Shown one piece after another: positions 10,733-19,292 of a DNA stretch of 64,000 nucleotides. Where the stretch lies: IMG/VR virus record IMGVR_UViG_3300033412_000004, positions 27,613 through 91,612 of that record; one strand, 5' to 3'. Source of the stretch: a virus. A program made the translations under genes and the position numbers. Within the stretch, counting starts at the first letter, position 1, and the number at the start of each line of letters is the position of its first letter. The notes under the pieces were generated by a model. It was not told the origin of the DNA, searched no databases, and saw only the letters and a list, made by a program, of their open reading frames with translations.

Positions 10733-11962
10733 GTGGTACGCTTTTGCATTGACGCTGACCTGCTGGGCACCGAACAGCACCTCGTCTGCAAAGGCGAGGA
10801 CTTCACGTGGAAGTCGGCAGTTCCCGCCAACACGTGGCACCTGTCGGGTCAGATCAAGCGAGACTCGGACTGGTGCCTCGACACCCTACTGCGCCTGGGC
10901 AACGTGACCGTCGACCTGCGACCTCCCCAGCGGTTCGTGACGGCGATGGAACCGCTGTTGTCGGGATCGAACTACCAGGGTCCGGTCCCCTGGCGCTTTG
11001 CCATGCCTGGGAAGACGCACCGTGACTTCGTGAGGGCCCTCGTGTCCCAAGTGGCTGTGGCCATGGATAGCCTGCCGACGAATTACTACAGGGGCACCTG
11101 GGTGCCCGGAAACGGCATCCTTCGGTCCCTGCTCCCGGCACGGATCGATGTCCCGACCTGGCAGGGCCTGATGGACGCCAGGGTGGGTAACGTGGCCTCG
11201 GTCCAGAGCTTCAGGCCGGGCCCAGGAGGGTTCACTGACACGGTGCAGTATGACCGGTTTGGGGCGCTCACGGGACGCCTGACGGTCACATCCGGGCCCA
11301 TGATCCTGACCCTCAAGAAGGAGTACCGCGGCATCATCCAGCCGTCGTCCCAGGGAGGTGAAATCGTCATCATTGACTTCGCCGCGCTGGAAGCGAGGGT
11401 GTTGTTGTACGAGGCCGGCCGCCGGTGCGATGAACCCGACCTGTACGGCATGATCGCCAAGGAGTTGGGCTACGATCGGAAGGCCGTCAAGGGTGCCGTC
11501 CTTTGCGAGCTGTACGGCAGCAGCAAGTACACGTTGGGCCGGTTGTTGGGCATCAAAGAAAAGGAGCTCAACAGCTTCATGCGGCGCGTCAAGCAGCACT
11601 TCCAGACTGAGAAATTGCTGAAGCGCATCAAGGACGAGTTCATCAAGTCGGGCCGCTTCACCAACCGCTACGGTCGTCAGATCACCGTCGATGAACCGTT
11701 GGATCACGTCTTCATCAACTACTATGCGCAGTCATCCGGCGTTGACGTGGCACTGATGGGATTCTCCACGCTGGTGGAACAGATGAAGACGGAGGCGCCC
11801 AGCGTCAGGCCTCTGTTCGTGCTCCACGACGGCCTATTCCTCGACGTGCCGAAGGAACACCTGCAGTACATCGACAATGTCAAGTCGGTCAAAGTCAAGG
11901 GGTACGTTCAGGCCTTTCCGCTCAGAACAGAACGCGTCCCACCGTGTACAACAGAAGGGTGA
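10733..11962 (+). CDS. Minimal family A DNA polymerase (polymerase domain only)
   Basis: TGRL, motif A DFAALEARV, motif B RKAVK...LYG, QSSGVD, motif C VLHDG; only 409 aa. Confidence 0.8.
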   Translation: MVRFCIDADLLGTEQHLVCKGEDFTWKSAVPANTWHLSGQIKRDSDWCLDTLLRLGNVTVDLRPPQRFVTAMEPLLSGSNYQGPVPWRFAMPGKTHRDFVRALVSQVAVAMDSLPTNYYRGTWVPGNGILRSLLPARIDVPTWQGLMDARVGNVASVQSFRPGPGGFTDTVQYDRFGALTGRLTVTSGPMILTLKKEYRGIIQPSSQGGEIVIIDFAALEARVLLYEAGRRCDEPDLYGMIAKELGYDRKAVKGAVLCELYGSSKYTLGRLLGIKEKELNSFMRRVKQHFQTEKLLKRIKDEFIKSGRFTNRYGRQITVDEPLDHVFINYYAQSSGVDVALMGFSTLVEQMKTEAPSVRPLFVLHDGLFLDVPKEHLQYIDNVKSVKVKGYVQAFPLRTERVPPCTTEG

Positions 11963-11977
11963 GAGGTAGGGTTCTAC

Positions 11978-12577
11978 ATGTCTCAAGAGCTGACGCCCGA
12001 GGAAATCGAGCAGAACTGGAACAAGTTCCGTTCACTGTGTGAGCGGCTGGGAGATCGTTCGGAAGCGGCGCTTCGGATGGTCGATTCTCTGGGTGAGCGC
12101 CTCGCGATCTGTCCGGCTTCGGGCAAGCGCGACTACCACAACTGCTTTCCGGGCGGCCTGGTCGACCATTCGCTCCGGGTCCTCGGCAATGCGATGAGGT
12201 TGGCGAAGGCGTTCGGCTGGGAAATCCCCAAAGACTCGCTGATCATCGGCTGCCTGTTCCACGACCTGGGCAAGGTGGGCGACCACGAGAAGGACTACTA
12301 CATCCCCCAGACCGACGGATGGCGGGCCGACAAGCTCGGTGAGCTCTACACCTACAACAAGGACATCCAGTACATGACGGTGCCCGACCGCGGCATCTTC
12401 CTGTGCCAGCACTTCGGTCTCCAGTTGAAGCGTGAGGAGCTCCTGGCGATTCGCCTGAATGACGGTCAGTACTCCGACGACAACGGCTCATACAAGCTCA
12501 AGGAGCCGATGCTAGCCGACGTCGTGCACATGGCAGATCTCATCTCGACGAAGCAAGAGAAGGGAATTTTGCCCTAG
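11978..12577 (+). CDS. HD-domain phosphohydrolase (YhaM-like)
   Basis: HNCFPGGLVDHSLRV...FHDLGK...HMAD. Confidence 0.8.
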   Translation: MSQELTPEEIEQNWNKFRSLCERLGDRSEAALRMVDSLGERLAICPASGKRDYHNCFPGGLVDHSLRVLGNAMRLAKAFGWEIPKDSLIIGCLFHDLGKVGDHEKDYYIPQTDGWRADKLGELYTYNKDIQYMTVPDRGIFLCQHFGLQLKREELLAIRLNDGQYSDDNGSYKLKEPMLADVVHMADLISTKQEKGILP

Positions 12578-12595
12578 TCGAGGATACTTAGATCC

Positions 12596-12832
12596 ATGAG
12601 CAAAACGCTGCTCATGCGGTATATTCGATTGACGTTGGATGAGGCGCACCTGGCAAGGGTGCCGCAGCAGCTGATGTCGCCCACGGATTCGGAAGAAGGT
12701 TCAGAGGATGAGGCTGAGAACGTACAAGAGTTCTCCGGTGTCGGAGCGATCATGGGCTACAGTGCCCCGCTCGGCATGGATCTCGACAAGCTTGGACGCA
12801 AAAAGAACGCGTCGCGTCGGAAGCGGAAGTAA
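12596..12832 (+). CDS. Small late hypothetical protein with leader-like N-terminus
   Basis: MSKTLLMRYIRLTLDE; TACTTA 5 nt upstream; basic C-terminus. Confidence 0.6.
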   Translation: MSKTLLMRYIRLTLDEAHLARVPQQLMSPTDSEEGSEDEAENVQEFSGVGAIMGYSAPLGMDLDKLGRKKNASRRKRK

Positions 12833-12850
12833 CTCAAACCACCGCATGTT

Positions 12851-12932
12851 CTGCGCAGTTGGTAGGGAATTGTACGTTCACGCCACCGTGAACTTTGCAT
12901 AGGCTTCGCAGTACGTTGCTAGAACTGCGCAG
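12851..12932 (+). ncRNA. Putative structured RNA in the 5' leader of the SSB gene
   Basis: Perfect 10-bp inverted repeat CTGCGCAGTT/AACTGCGCAG enclosing hairpin GTTCACG-ccac-CGTGAAC. Confidence 0.4.
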
Positions 12933-12987
12933 GTGCAGTTCAATGACGCGTCCTGCAAGGTAAGGAAAAAGGAAAGAGGAAAGCAAA

Positions 12988-13893
12988 ATGGCAGTAGATC
13001 TCGAGGCGATCCGTCGCCGTGTTCAGGAACTCAGTGGCAACCGCCGCAACTCGAACGTCCAGCTGTGGAAGCCGGGCGTGGGTGAGTACAAGGTCCGTGG
13101 TCTTCCGTGGAAGAACGCTCCCGAAGGCCAACCGTTCATCGAGCGTTGGTTCTACTACATCGGCAACGGCCCGGGCATCCTGGCGCCGCACCAGTTCGGC
13201 AAGCCGGACCCGATCAAGAACCTCATCAACAAGCTGTACAGCTCGGGCAAGCCGGATGACCGGCTCCTCGCCAAGAAGCTGCAGCCGAAAATGCGTGCCT
13301 ACATGCCCGTCATCGTTCGCGGTGAAGAGGCGAAGGGCGTCCAGGTCTGGAGCTTCGGCAAGCAGATCTACCAGAAGTTGCTCGGCTACTTCCTCAACGA
13401 GGAGGTGGGTGACATCCTCGATCCGTCCGAGGGCTTCGACATCAACGTCAGCATCAAGCAGCAGGCTGGCAAGCAGTTCATGGACACCGAGGCTGAGGCC
13501 GCCCGTCGGCCGAGCAAGCTGTCCAACGACGGCGAGGCCGCGAAGAAGTGGCTCGACGGCGTGCCCAACATCGACGACATGTACCGTCTGAAGACGGAGC
13601 AGGAGATCGAGACCATCCTCAACAACTGGCTCAACGGCGGTGACGCTGTGGCTGAGGCGTCGGATGGCACGGCTCGCGGCGCCGACAAGGGCACCGATGA
13701 GCTCGACAAGCTCGTCAACGAGGTGAAGGCGGAAACCAAGCCGTCTGCTCCGACGGCCGAGGCTGCGCCTGCGAAGGCGAACGGCCGCAAGGCGAAGAAG
13801 GCTGCGGATGTCGACATGGACGAAGAGGCACCGAAGGGTGACACCAAGAAGGACCTCGACGCTGCGTTCGACGAACTGATGCAGGACGACTGA
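12988..13893 (+). CDS. Single-stranded DNA-binding protein (T4 gp32-like)
   Basis: WKP..GEYKVRGLP, DPI, VWSFGKQIY, DPSEGFD; acidic tail DAAFDELMQDD; next to recA. Confidence 0.85.
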   Translation: MAVDLEAIRRRVQELSGNRRNSNVQLWKPGVGEYKVRGLPWKNAPEGQPFIERWFYYIGNGPGILAPHQFGKPDPIKNLINKLYSSGKPDDRLLAKKLQPKMRAYMPVIVRGEEAKGVQVWSFGKQIYQKLLGYFLNEEVGDILDPSEGFDINVSIKQQAGKQFMDTEAEAARRPSKLSNDGEAAKKWLDGVPNIDDMYRLKTEQEIETILNNWLNGGDAVAEASDGTARGADKGTDELDKLVNEVKAETKPSAPTAEAAPAKANGRKAKKAADVDMDEEAPKGDTKKDLDAAFDELMQDD

Positions 13894-13902
13894 GGGTAAC
13901 AC

Positions 13903-15150
13903 ATGGCAAAGGCGACAACCAAAGTCGCCCCTGCCGACTCAGTTGAGAAATCCAAGAAGGGGGCCGCCGAGGTCGATGACCTGACGGTGACCCTCATCAA
14001 GGATCTCAACAAAGAGTTCGGTATGAGGGTGGCGTACAACCTGAGCGAATCCGAAGCACCCACTATCGTCAAGCGGTGGGTCGACAGCGGTAGCATCCAA
14101 CTCAACTACGCCATCCGCAACGCCATGGGAGGTGGCTATCCGGAGGGGCGAATCATCGAAATTTCGGGATTGCCCTCATCGGGCAAGTCGCACTTGGCGT
14201 ACCATGCCGCAGCCGTCGTCCAGGCGATGGGTGGCCTGGTCGTCTACATCGACACCGAGAACGCGACTCCTGTCGACAAGCTGCGAACGATGGGCATCGA
14301 CGTCAAGAAGCGCTTCGTCTACTGTGACACCCACTGTACCGAAGAGGTCTTCAAGATCGTCGAATCGACCATCCTCAAGGCGAAGCAGGTCGCCAGTAAG
14401 GACATCCCGATCCTCGTGATCTGGGACTCCGTCGCGGCATCCTCTCCGAAGCAGGAGCTGGAGGGCGACTACGACGAGAACACTGTCGGTCTGCAGGCCC
14501 GCGTCATCAGCAAGGGCATGCGCAAAGTGACCGGCGTCGTCGGTCAGAACAACGTCACCCTCGTCTGCCTCAACCAGCTCCGCGAAAAGATCGGAGTCAT
14601 GCACGGTGACCCGCTCACCACGCCGGGCGGCAAGGCGATCCCATTCCATGCCAGCGTTCGAGTCCGCTTGGGCTCTGGTTCGCCGGTCAAGGACAACAAG
14701 GGCAACATCATCGGCATCCACGTGACGGTGTCGATCAAGAAGAACAAGGTCGGTCCGCCTTTCAGGAAGTGCGAGTTCGACATCATCTTCGGCCGAGGAA
14801 TCGTCGAACACGAGTTCATCTTCGATGAGGTTCGTTCCTTCTGCGATAAGAACAAGGTCATCATGGACCACGTCGACGCGAAGGGCAACAAGACGCAGGT
14901 CGAGGTCAAGATCGCTGGCACGTCGTCGTGGAAGGAGCTCATCGTCAGTGACGTGACGACGGGCGAAGTCTACGCCGAGAAGAAGTTCTACAAGAGCGAC
15001 TTCGACAGCATCATGAAGGACCCGCAGTACAAGGTTTTCGTCGACAAGGCCATCGATGCGGCGTACACCACTGACACTGGCGGCGAACCCGCTAGCGAAG
15101 GTGAGTCGCCCGACGATGATGAAGATGACGAGGGCTTGGCCGATGACTGA
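13903..15150 (+). CDS. recA: RecA/UvsX recombinase
   Basis: GRIIEISGLPSSGKS, YIDTENA, WDSVAA, NQLREKIGVMHGDP.TTPGGKAIPFHASVR, KNKVGPPFR. Confidence 0.95.
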   Translation: MAKATTKVAPADSVEKSKKGAAEVDDLTVTLIKDLNKEFGMRVAYNLSESEAPTIVKRWVDSGSIQLNYAIRNAMGGGYPEGRIIEISGLPSSGKSHLAYHAAAVVQAMGGLVVYIDTENATPVDKLRTMGIDVKKRFVYCDTHCTEEVFKIVESTILKAKQVASKDIPILVIWDSVAASSPKQELEGDYDENTVGLQARVISKGMRKVTGVVGQNNVTLVCLNQLREKIGVMHGDPLTTPGGKAIPFHASVRVRLGSGSPVKDNKGNIIGIHVTVSIKKNKVGPPFRKCEFDIIFGRGIVEHEFIFDEVRSFCDKNKVIMDHVDAKGNKTQVEVKIAGTSSWKELIVSDVTTGEVYAEKKFYKSDFDSIMKDPQYKVFVDKAIDAAYTTDTGGEPASEGESPDDDEDDEGLADD

Positions 15151-15583
15151 CGTCAAGGTCAAGGTCAAAAAGAAGGACAAGGAGCTGCCGACCCCCGCCT
15201 ACAAGACGGTGGGGGCGGCTGGCGCCGATGTCTGCTCGGCCGAAGACGTCACCATTCGCACGGGTGGGCGCTGTCTGGTCAGCACGGGCCTGTACCTTGA
15301 AGTGCCGCCGGGCTACGAGTGTCAGATCCGACCTCGATCGGGCCTGGCGCTGTCACACGGCATCACCGTCCTCAACGCTCCAGGCACGTTGGACTCCGAC
15401 TACCGCGGCGAACTGGGCGTGTTGCTGTTCAACACATCAACCAGCGACTACAAGATCCGAAAGGGTGAGCGCATCGCCCAGATCGTCATCGCACCAGTTG
15501 TTCAAGCCGTCTTCGAAGACGTTGAAGAGCTGAGCATCACTGACCGGGGCGCCGGTGGATTCGGGTCGACGGGCAGGGCGTGA
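15143..15583 (+). CDS. dut: Trimeric dUTPase
   Basis: AGADV, RPRSGLA, GTLDSDYRGE, RIAQ, RGAGGFGSTG; start moved to ATG 15143. Confidence 0.95.
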   Translation: MTDVKVKVKKKDKELPTPAYKTVGAAGADVCSAEDVTIRTGGRCLVSTGLYLEVPPGYECQIRPRSGLALSHGITVLNAPGTLDSDYRGELGVLLFNTSTSDYKIRKGERIAQIVIAPVVQAVFEDVEELSITDRGAGGFGSTGRA

Positions 15584-15584
15584 C

Positions 15585-15956
15585 ATGGACTTCACCGTTG
15601 AGTGGAAGGTGTCATCGAACGTCGAAAAGTTGGTCGATGCCGTCAACGAGTGCAAGCAGGGGCTGACCAACGGCACCTTCGGCAAGTACGGTAGGGCGAA
15701 GCTACTGTCCTGTGACGTCTACGCCTCACCCAAAGTGATCGAACTGTTCGAATTGTCGGCACTATGGTCGCCATCCACTGAATTTTCTGAGGACGACCTG
15801 AGGGCAAAGAACGTATCTGAGCCCGTTGCCAACTTTGAACTGTTCAGGCTACACCGTCATCAGATCATGAGCGATGATACGGTGAGACTCGTCTGCAACT
15901 ATGACGTCATGGACGGCGTCGACAAGACGATGTACGGCAACGTCAGGCTTGTCTAG
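15585..15956 (+). CDS. Hypothetical protein
   Basis: 123-aa ORF packed directly after dut. Confidence 0.55.
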   Translation: MDFTVEWKVSSNVEKLVDAVNECKQGLTNGTFGKYGRAKLLSCDVYASPKVIELFELSALWSPSTEFSEDDLRAKNVSEPVANFELFRLHRHQIMSDDTVRLVCNYDVMDGVDKTMYGNVRLV

Positions 15957-15957
15957 C

Positions 15958-16725
15958 CTACGCAGTTTTCTTGGCGCGATCAGGAACGGTCGACATGTCA
16001 CCCGAGTCCTTCTTGGGTCCGATGTTGGCCGTTTTTGCATTTGCAGCGTTGGTTGCGCCTGGCTTGACAGTCGCGGCGTCGGGCGGTGCTGTCTTGCGAG
16101 CCCGGTCCTGCGAGTAGTGCTTCTCAAAGACCTCACCGGTGAAGCCGTAGTCCAACAGGACGACACGCCCATCGGCAGACTTGCCCCAGTGGGTGATTTC
16201 TTTGATGTCGCCGAACATGAGGTCGTTGGCCTTCATCGTTGCCGCCATCGCTTGAGCCATCTCAGACGGATCTTCGACGGGTTCACCTTTGAACAAGGCT
16301 TTGACCTCTTTGATGAAGGTCGTCCAATCGAGCCCAGTTGCGTCAGCGAATTCTTTCTCGTTCTTCAGCTCTCGAACGGCGTCAGAGATGACCCATTTGT
16401 TGTCAGGATCGGCCTTGTGCACCCTGGCGATGATCGCCTTGGTCTCCGGGTTAGTGGCAACTTGGACTTCAGTCTCGTTCTGCGCGATTCCCTTGTTATT
16501 GATCGCGATCTTCAGCACGTACCGCGACGAGAAGACGTAGGCGGCGCGGGAGGACCCTTGGCCCAGCTTCTGGAGGAAGGAGTCCGCGTACGCCAGGAGC
16601 ATGTTCGGGTTGTCGAGCGATTCGAACTTCTTCATGTTGAACTTGTCGCCGAAGGCACTGCCTTTCTTGGTCGACCGGATCTCTCCCACCAACATGGAGA
16701 TGTACTCGCGCAGCACGCTGCTCAT
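15958..16725 (-). CDS. Protein kinase-like protein with N-terminal leader
   Basis: GQGSSRAAY Gly loop, VLKIA Lys, NETE, catalytic GDIK, LLDYG; TACTTA 5 nt upstream. Confidence 0.65.
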   Translation of the reverse strand: MSSVLREYISMLVGEIRSTKKGSAFGDKFNMKKFESLDNPNMLLAYADSFLQKLGQGSSRAAYVFSSRYVLKIAINNKGIAQNETEVQVATNPETKAIIARVHKADPDNKWVISDAVRELKNEKEFADATGLDWTTFIKEVKALFKGEPVEDPSEMAQAMAATMKANDLMFGDIKEITHWGKSADGRVVLLDYGFTGEVFEKHYSQDRARKTAPPDAATVKPGATNAANAKTANIGPKKDSGDMSTVPDRAKKTA

Positions 16726-16780
16726 TCAGCTAAGTAGGCTCTCATGTACTGTGCTACAGATCAGAAGTACCCTTAACACC

Positions 16781-17743
16781 ATGTCACCACCGCGTCCAGT
16801 CCTCATCGTTGACGCGATGAACCTCTTCGTTCGCTCCTATTCTGCATACCCCACGATGTCATCTCACGGGTACCAGATGGGCGGGGCCATCGGCTTCCTG
16901 AAGACCCTGCGACGGATCGTGTCGGAGTGCTCCCCCAGCGCTGTCTATGTGGCCTGGGAAGGCGGTGGTTCATCGAGACGGCGGGCCTTGTTCAGCGAGT
17001 ACAAGCTGAACCGCAGGCCCGAGAAATTGAACCGCTTCTACGAGGACGACATCCCAGACACCGAGGAGAACCGCAGGCACCAACAGATTGCCCTGCTGGC
17101 GATGATCAAGTGTGCTCCAGTCTGTCAGCTGTATGCGTCTGACTGTGAAGGTGACGACGTCATCGCCTACCTATGCCGCGGTCCGATGAGAGGCTCACCC
17201 AAAATCATCGTGTCATCGGACAAGGATTTGTACCAGCTGCTCGACGAAGACACCAAGCTGTACAGCCTGCACAAGAAGACGTACGTCACGCCGGTAGAGG
17301 TGATGGAAGAGTTCCGAGTTCAGTCGAAGAACTTCGCCCTCGCCAAAGCGCTGTGTGGCGACAATTCTGACAACGTGCCTGGCGTCAAGGGCCTCGGCTT
17401 CAAGACAGTCGCCAAGTTGTTCCCGTTCCTCGGCCAACCAGAAGGTGATGTCGTGCTGCAGGATGTGTTCGACTACTGCCACACCCATGCCGATGAGAGC
17501 GTCATCTATCGGCGGGTCCTCGAGCACGAAGAAGAGGTGAAACGCAACTGGCGTTTGGTGTACCTTGACGGATCCATGCTTTCCGCGCAACAGGCTGCGA
17601 AGATTGACCACGCAGTTCAGGCGTTTTCGCCCCACGTGGACAGAATCGGCATGGTCAAACAGATGATCAAAGAGGGCGTCAACGATTTTGACGTTGAGAA
17701 CTTCTTCTACGCCTTCCACTGCATTGAAGGCCTCAGCTTCTGA
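16781..17743 (+). CDS. 5'-3' exonuclease / flap endonuclease (T4 RNase H-like)
   Basis: VDAMNLFVR, YKLNR, EGDDVIA, SSDKDLYQL, GDNSDNVPGVKGLGFKT. Confidence 0.93.
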   Translation: MSPPRPVLIVDAMNLFVRSYSAYPTMSSHGYQMGGAIGFLKTLRRIVSECSPSAVYVAWEGGGSSRRRALFSEYKLNRRPEKLNRFYEDDIPDTEENRRHQQIALLAMIKCAPVCQLYASDCEGDDVIAYLCRGPMRGSPKIIVSSDKDLYQLLDEDTKLYSLHKKTYVTPVEVMEEFRVQSKNFALAKALCGDNSDNVPGVKGLGFKTVAKLFPFLGQPEGDVVLQDVFDYCHTHADESVIYRRVLEHEEEVKRNWRLVYLDGSMLSAQQAAKIDHAVQAFSPHVDRIGMVKQMIKEGVNDFDVENFFYAFHCIEGLSF

Positions 17744-17751
17744 CAGGAGAA

Positions 17752-19206
17752 ATGATGAGTGACGAGCGAACCGCAGCACCGGGCGCCAAGGCGTCTTTTG
17801 GCACCTATGGCAAGAGCTTCCAAGAGAAGATCATGCAAGCCTTGCTCTCCGACCGGCCGTGGGCCGAGCAGATGTTGGAGGTCTTTGACGTCCAGTACTT
17901 TGAGCTCAGGTACCTGCAGTTCTTGGCGGACCGCTACTTTGGTCACGCCAAGAAATACAAGGTCTTTCCCACGCTGCAGCTTTTGGTCACCATCATCCGT
18001 GATGAGCTGAGGGCAGGTACGGACATCATCCTGCGTGACCAGATCATCGACTACCTCCAACGGATGCGGTCCAATCCCGATCCGGGCGACCTGGCCTACG
18101 TCAAAGAGAAGGCACTCGACTTCTGCCGCAAGCAGGCGTTGAAGCAGGCGCTGGAGAATGCCGTCGACGACATCGCTGCCGAGAAGTATGAGCAGATCGT
18201 TGAAGGTATCAAGAAGGCGGTCTGCGTCGGCACCACGCCGCAGCTGGGCCACGATTTCTTCGCCGACTTTGACGCCCGGTTCACCCGCCTCCAGCGCAAC
18301 TGTGTGCCCACTGGCCTCGACGAGCTCGACCGCAAGGACATCCTCAACGGTGGCCTCGGCGCCGGAGAGATCGGCGTCATCGTGGCGCCCACCGGCGTGG
18401 GCAAGAGCCACATGTTGACCTTCCTGGGTTGCAACGCCCTCCGCGCTGGCATCGACGTGTTGCACTACACCTTCGAGCTGTCGGAGGCCGCAGTGGGTCG
18501 TCGGTACGACTCCAACCTGTGTGATGTGGACTCCAACGACGTCATCGACAAGAAGGACTCCGTCATCTCCCAATACAAGGACATGAAGTTGGGTCGGCTC
18601 ATGATCAAGGAGTTCCCGACTAACACGGCGACGATCTACACGCTGCGTAGCCACATCGAGCGACTCGACCTGAAGGGCTTCCGACCCGGCGTCATCATCA
18701 TCGACTACGCTGACATCATGCGTTCAACGCGACAGTACGACTCGCTTCGGCACGAGCTGAAGTTGATCTACGAGGAGCTGCGTGGTTTTGCCGGTGAGAA
18801 GATGCTGCCCATCTGGACGGCGTCGCAGTCCAACAAAGAGGGCGCCAACCAGGAAGTCGTCGACCTGGGCAACATGAGCGAGGCCTACGGCAAGGCGATG
18901 GTCGCGGACGTGGTGCTCAGCATCTCCAGAAAGGCCCACGAAAAATCGGACGGTCAGGGGAGGCTGTTCATTGCCAAGAACCGCGCCGGGCGCGACGGCA
19001 TCGTCTATCCGGTCCACATTGACACAGCCCGCAGCAAGTTCGCCATCGCCGGGCGCGCCGCCAGCCCGGAGGACACCGCCAAGGACGACGAGAAGGTGAT
19101 GAAGAAAGCGCTCAAGCAGAAGTGGAATGAGCTACAGCGCGATCCCTCTCTCGGCAGCGGAACCCCCAGCGACGGGTCCGACGAACCCAAGGGTTCGAGC
19201 GAATAG
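17752..19206 (+). CDS. DnaB/gp41-like replicative helicase
   Basis: APTGVGKS, TFEL, IIDYAD, TASQ, KNRAG. Confidence 0.93.
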   Translation: MMSDERTAAPGAKASFGTYGKSFQEKIMQALLSDRPWAEQMLEVFDVQYFELRYLQFLADRYFGHAKKYKVFPTLQLLVTIIRDELRAGTDIILRDQIIDYLQRMRSNPDPGDLAYVKEKALDFCRKQALKQALENAVDDIAAEKYEQIVEGIKKAVCVGTTPQLGHDFFADFDARFTRLQRNCVPTGLDELDRKDILNGGLGAGEIGVIVAPTGVGKSHMLTFLGCNALRAGIDVLHYTFELSEAAVGRRYDSNLCDVDSNDVIDKKDSVISQYKDMKLGRLMIKEFPTNTATIYTLRSHIERLDLKGFRPGVIIIDYADIMRSTRQYDSLRHELKLIYEELRGFAGEKMLPIWTASQSNKEGANQEVVDLGNMSEAYGKAMVADVVLSISRKAHEKSDGQGRLFIAKNRAGRDGIVYPVHIDTARSKFAIAGRAASPEDTAKDDEKVMKKALKQKWNELQRDPSLGSGTPSDGSDEPKGSSE

Positions 19207-19292
19207 TTATGACCTGCACACAACTGAGCCGCGCATGGCCCAGCGGCTCCCTGCGAATTTTGCTGCTGGAAGTTCAGGAGAGAGCGATCTAG

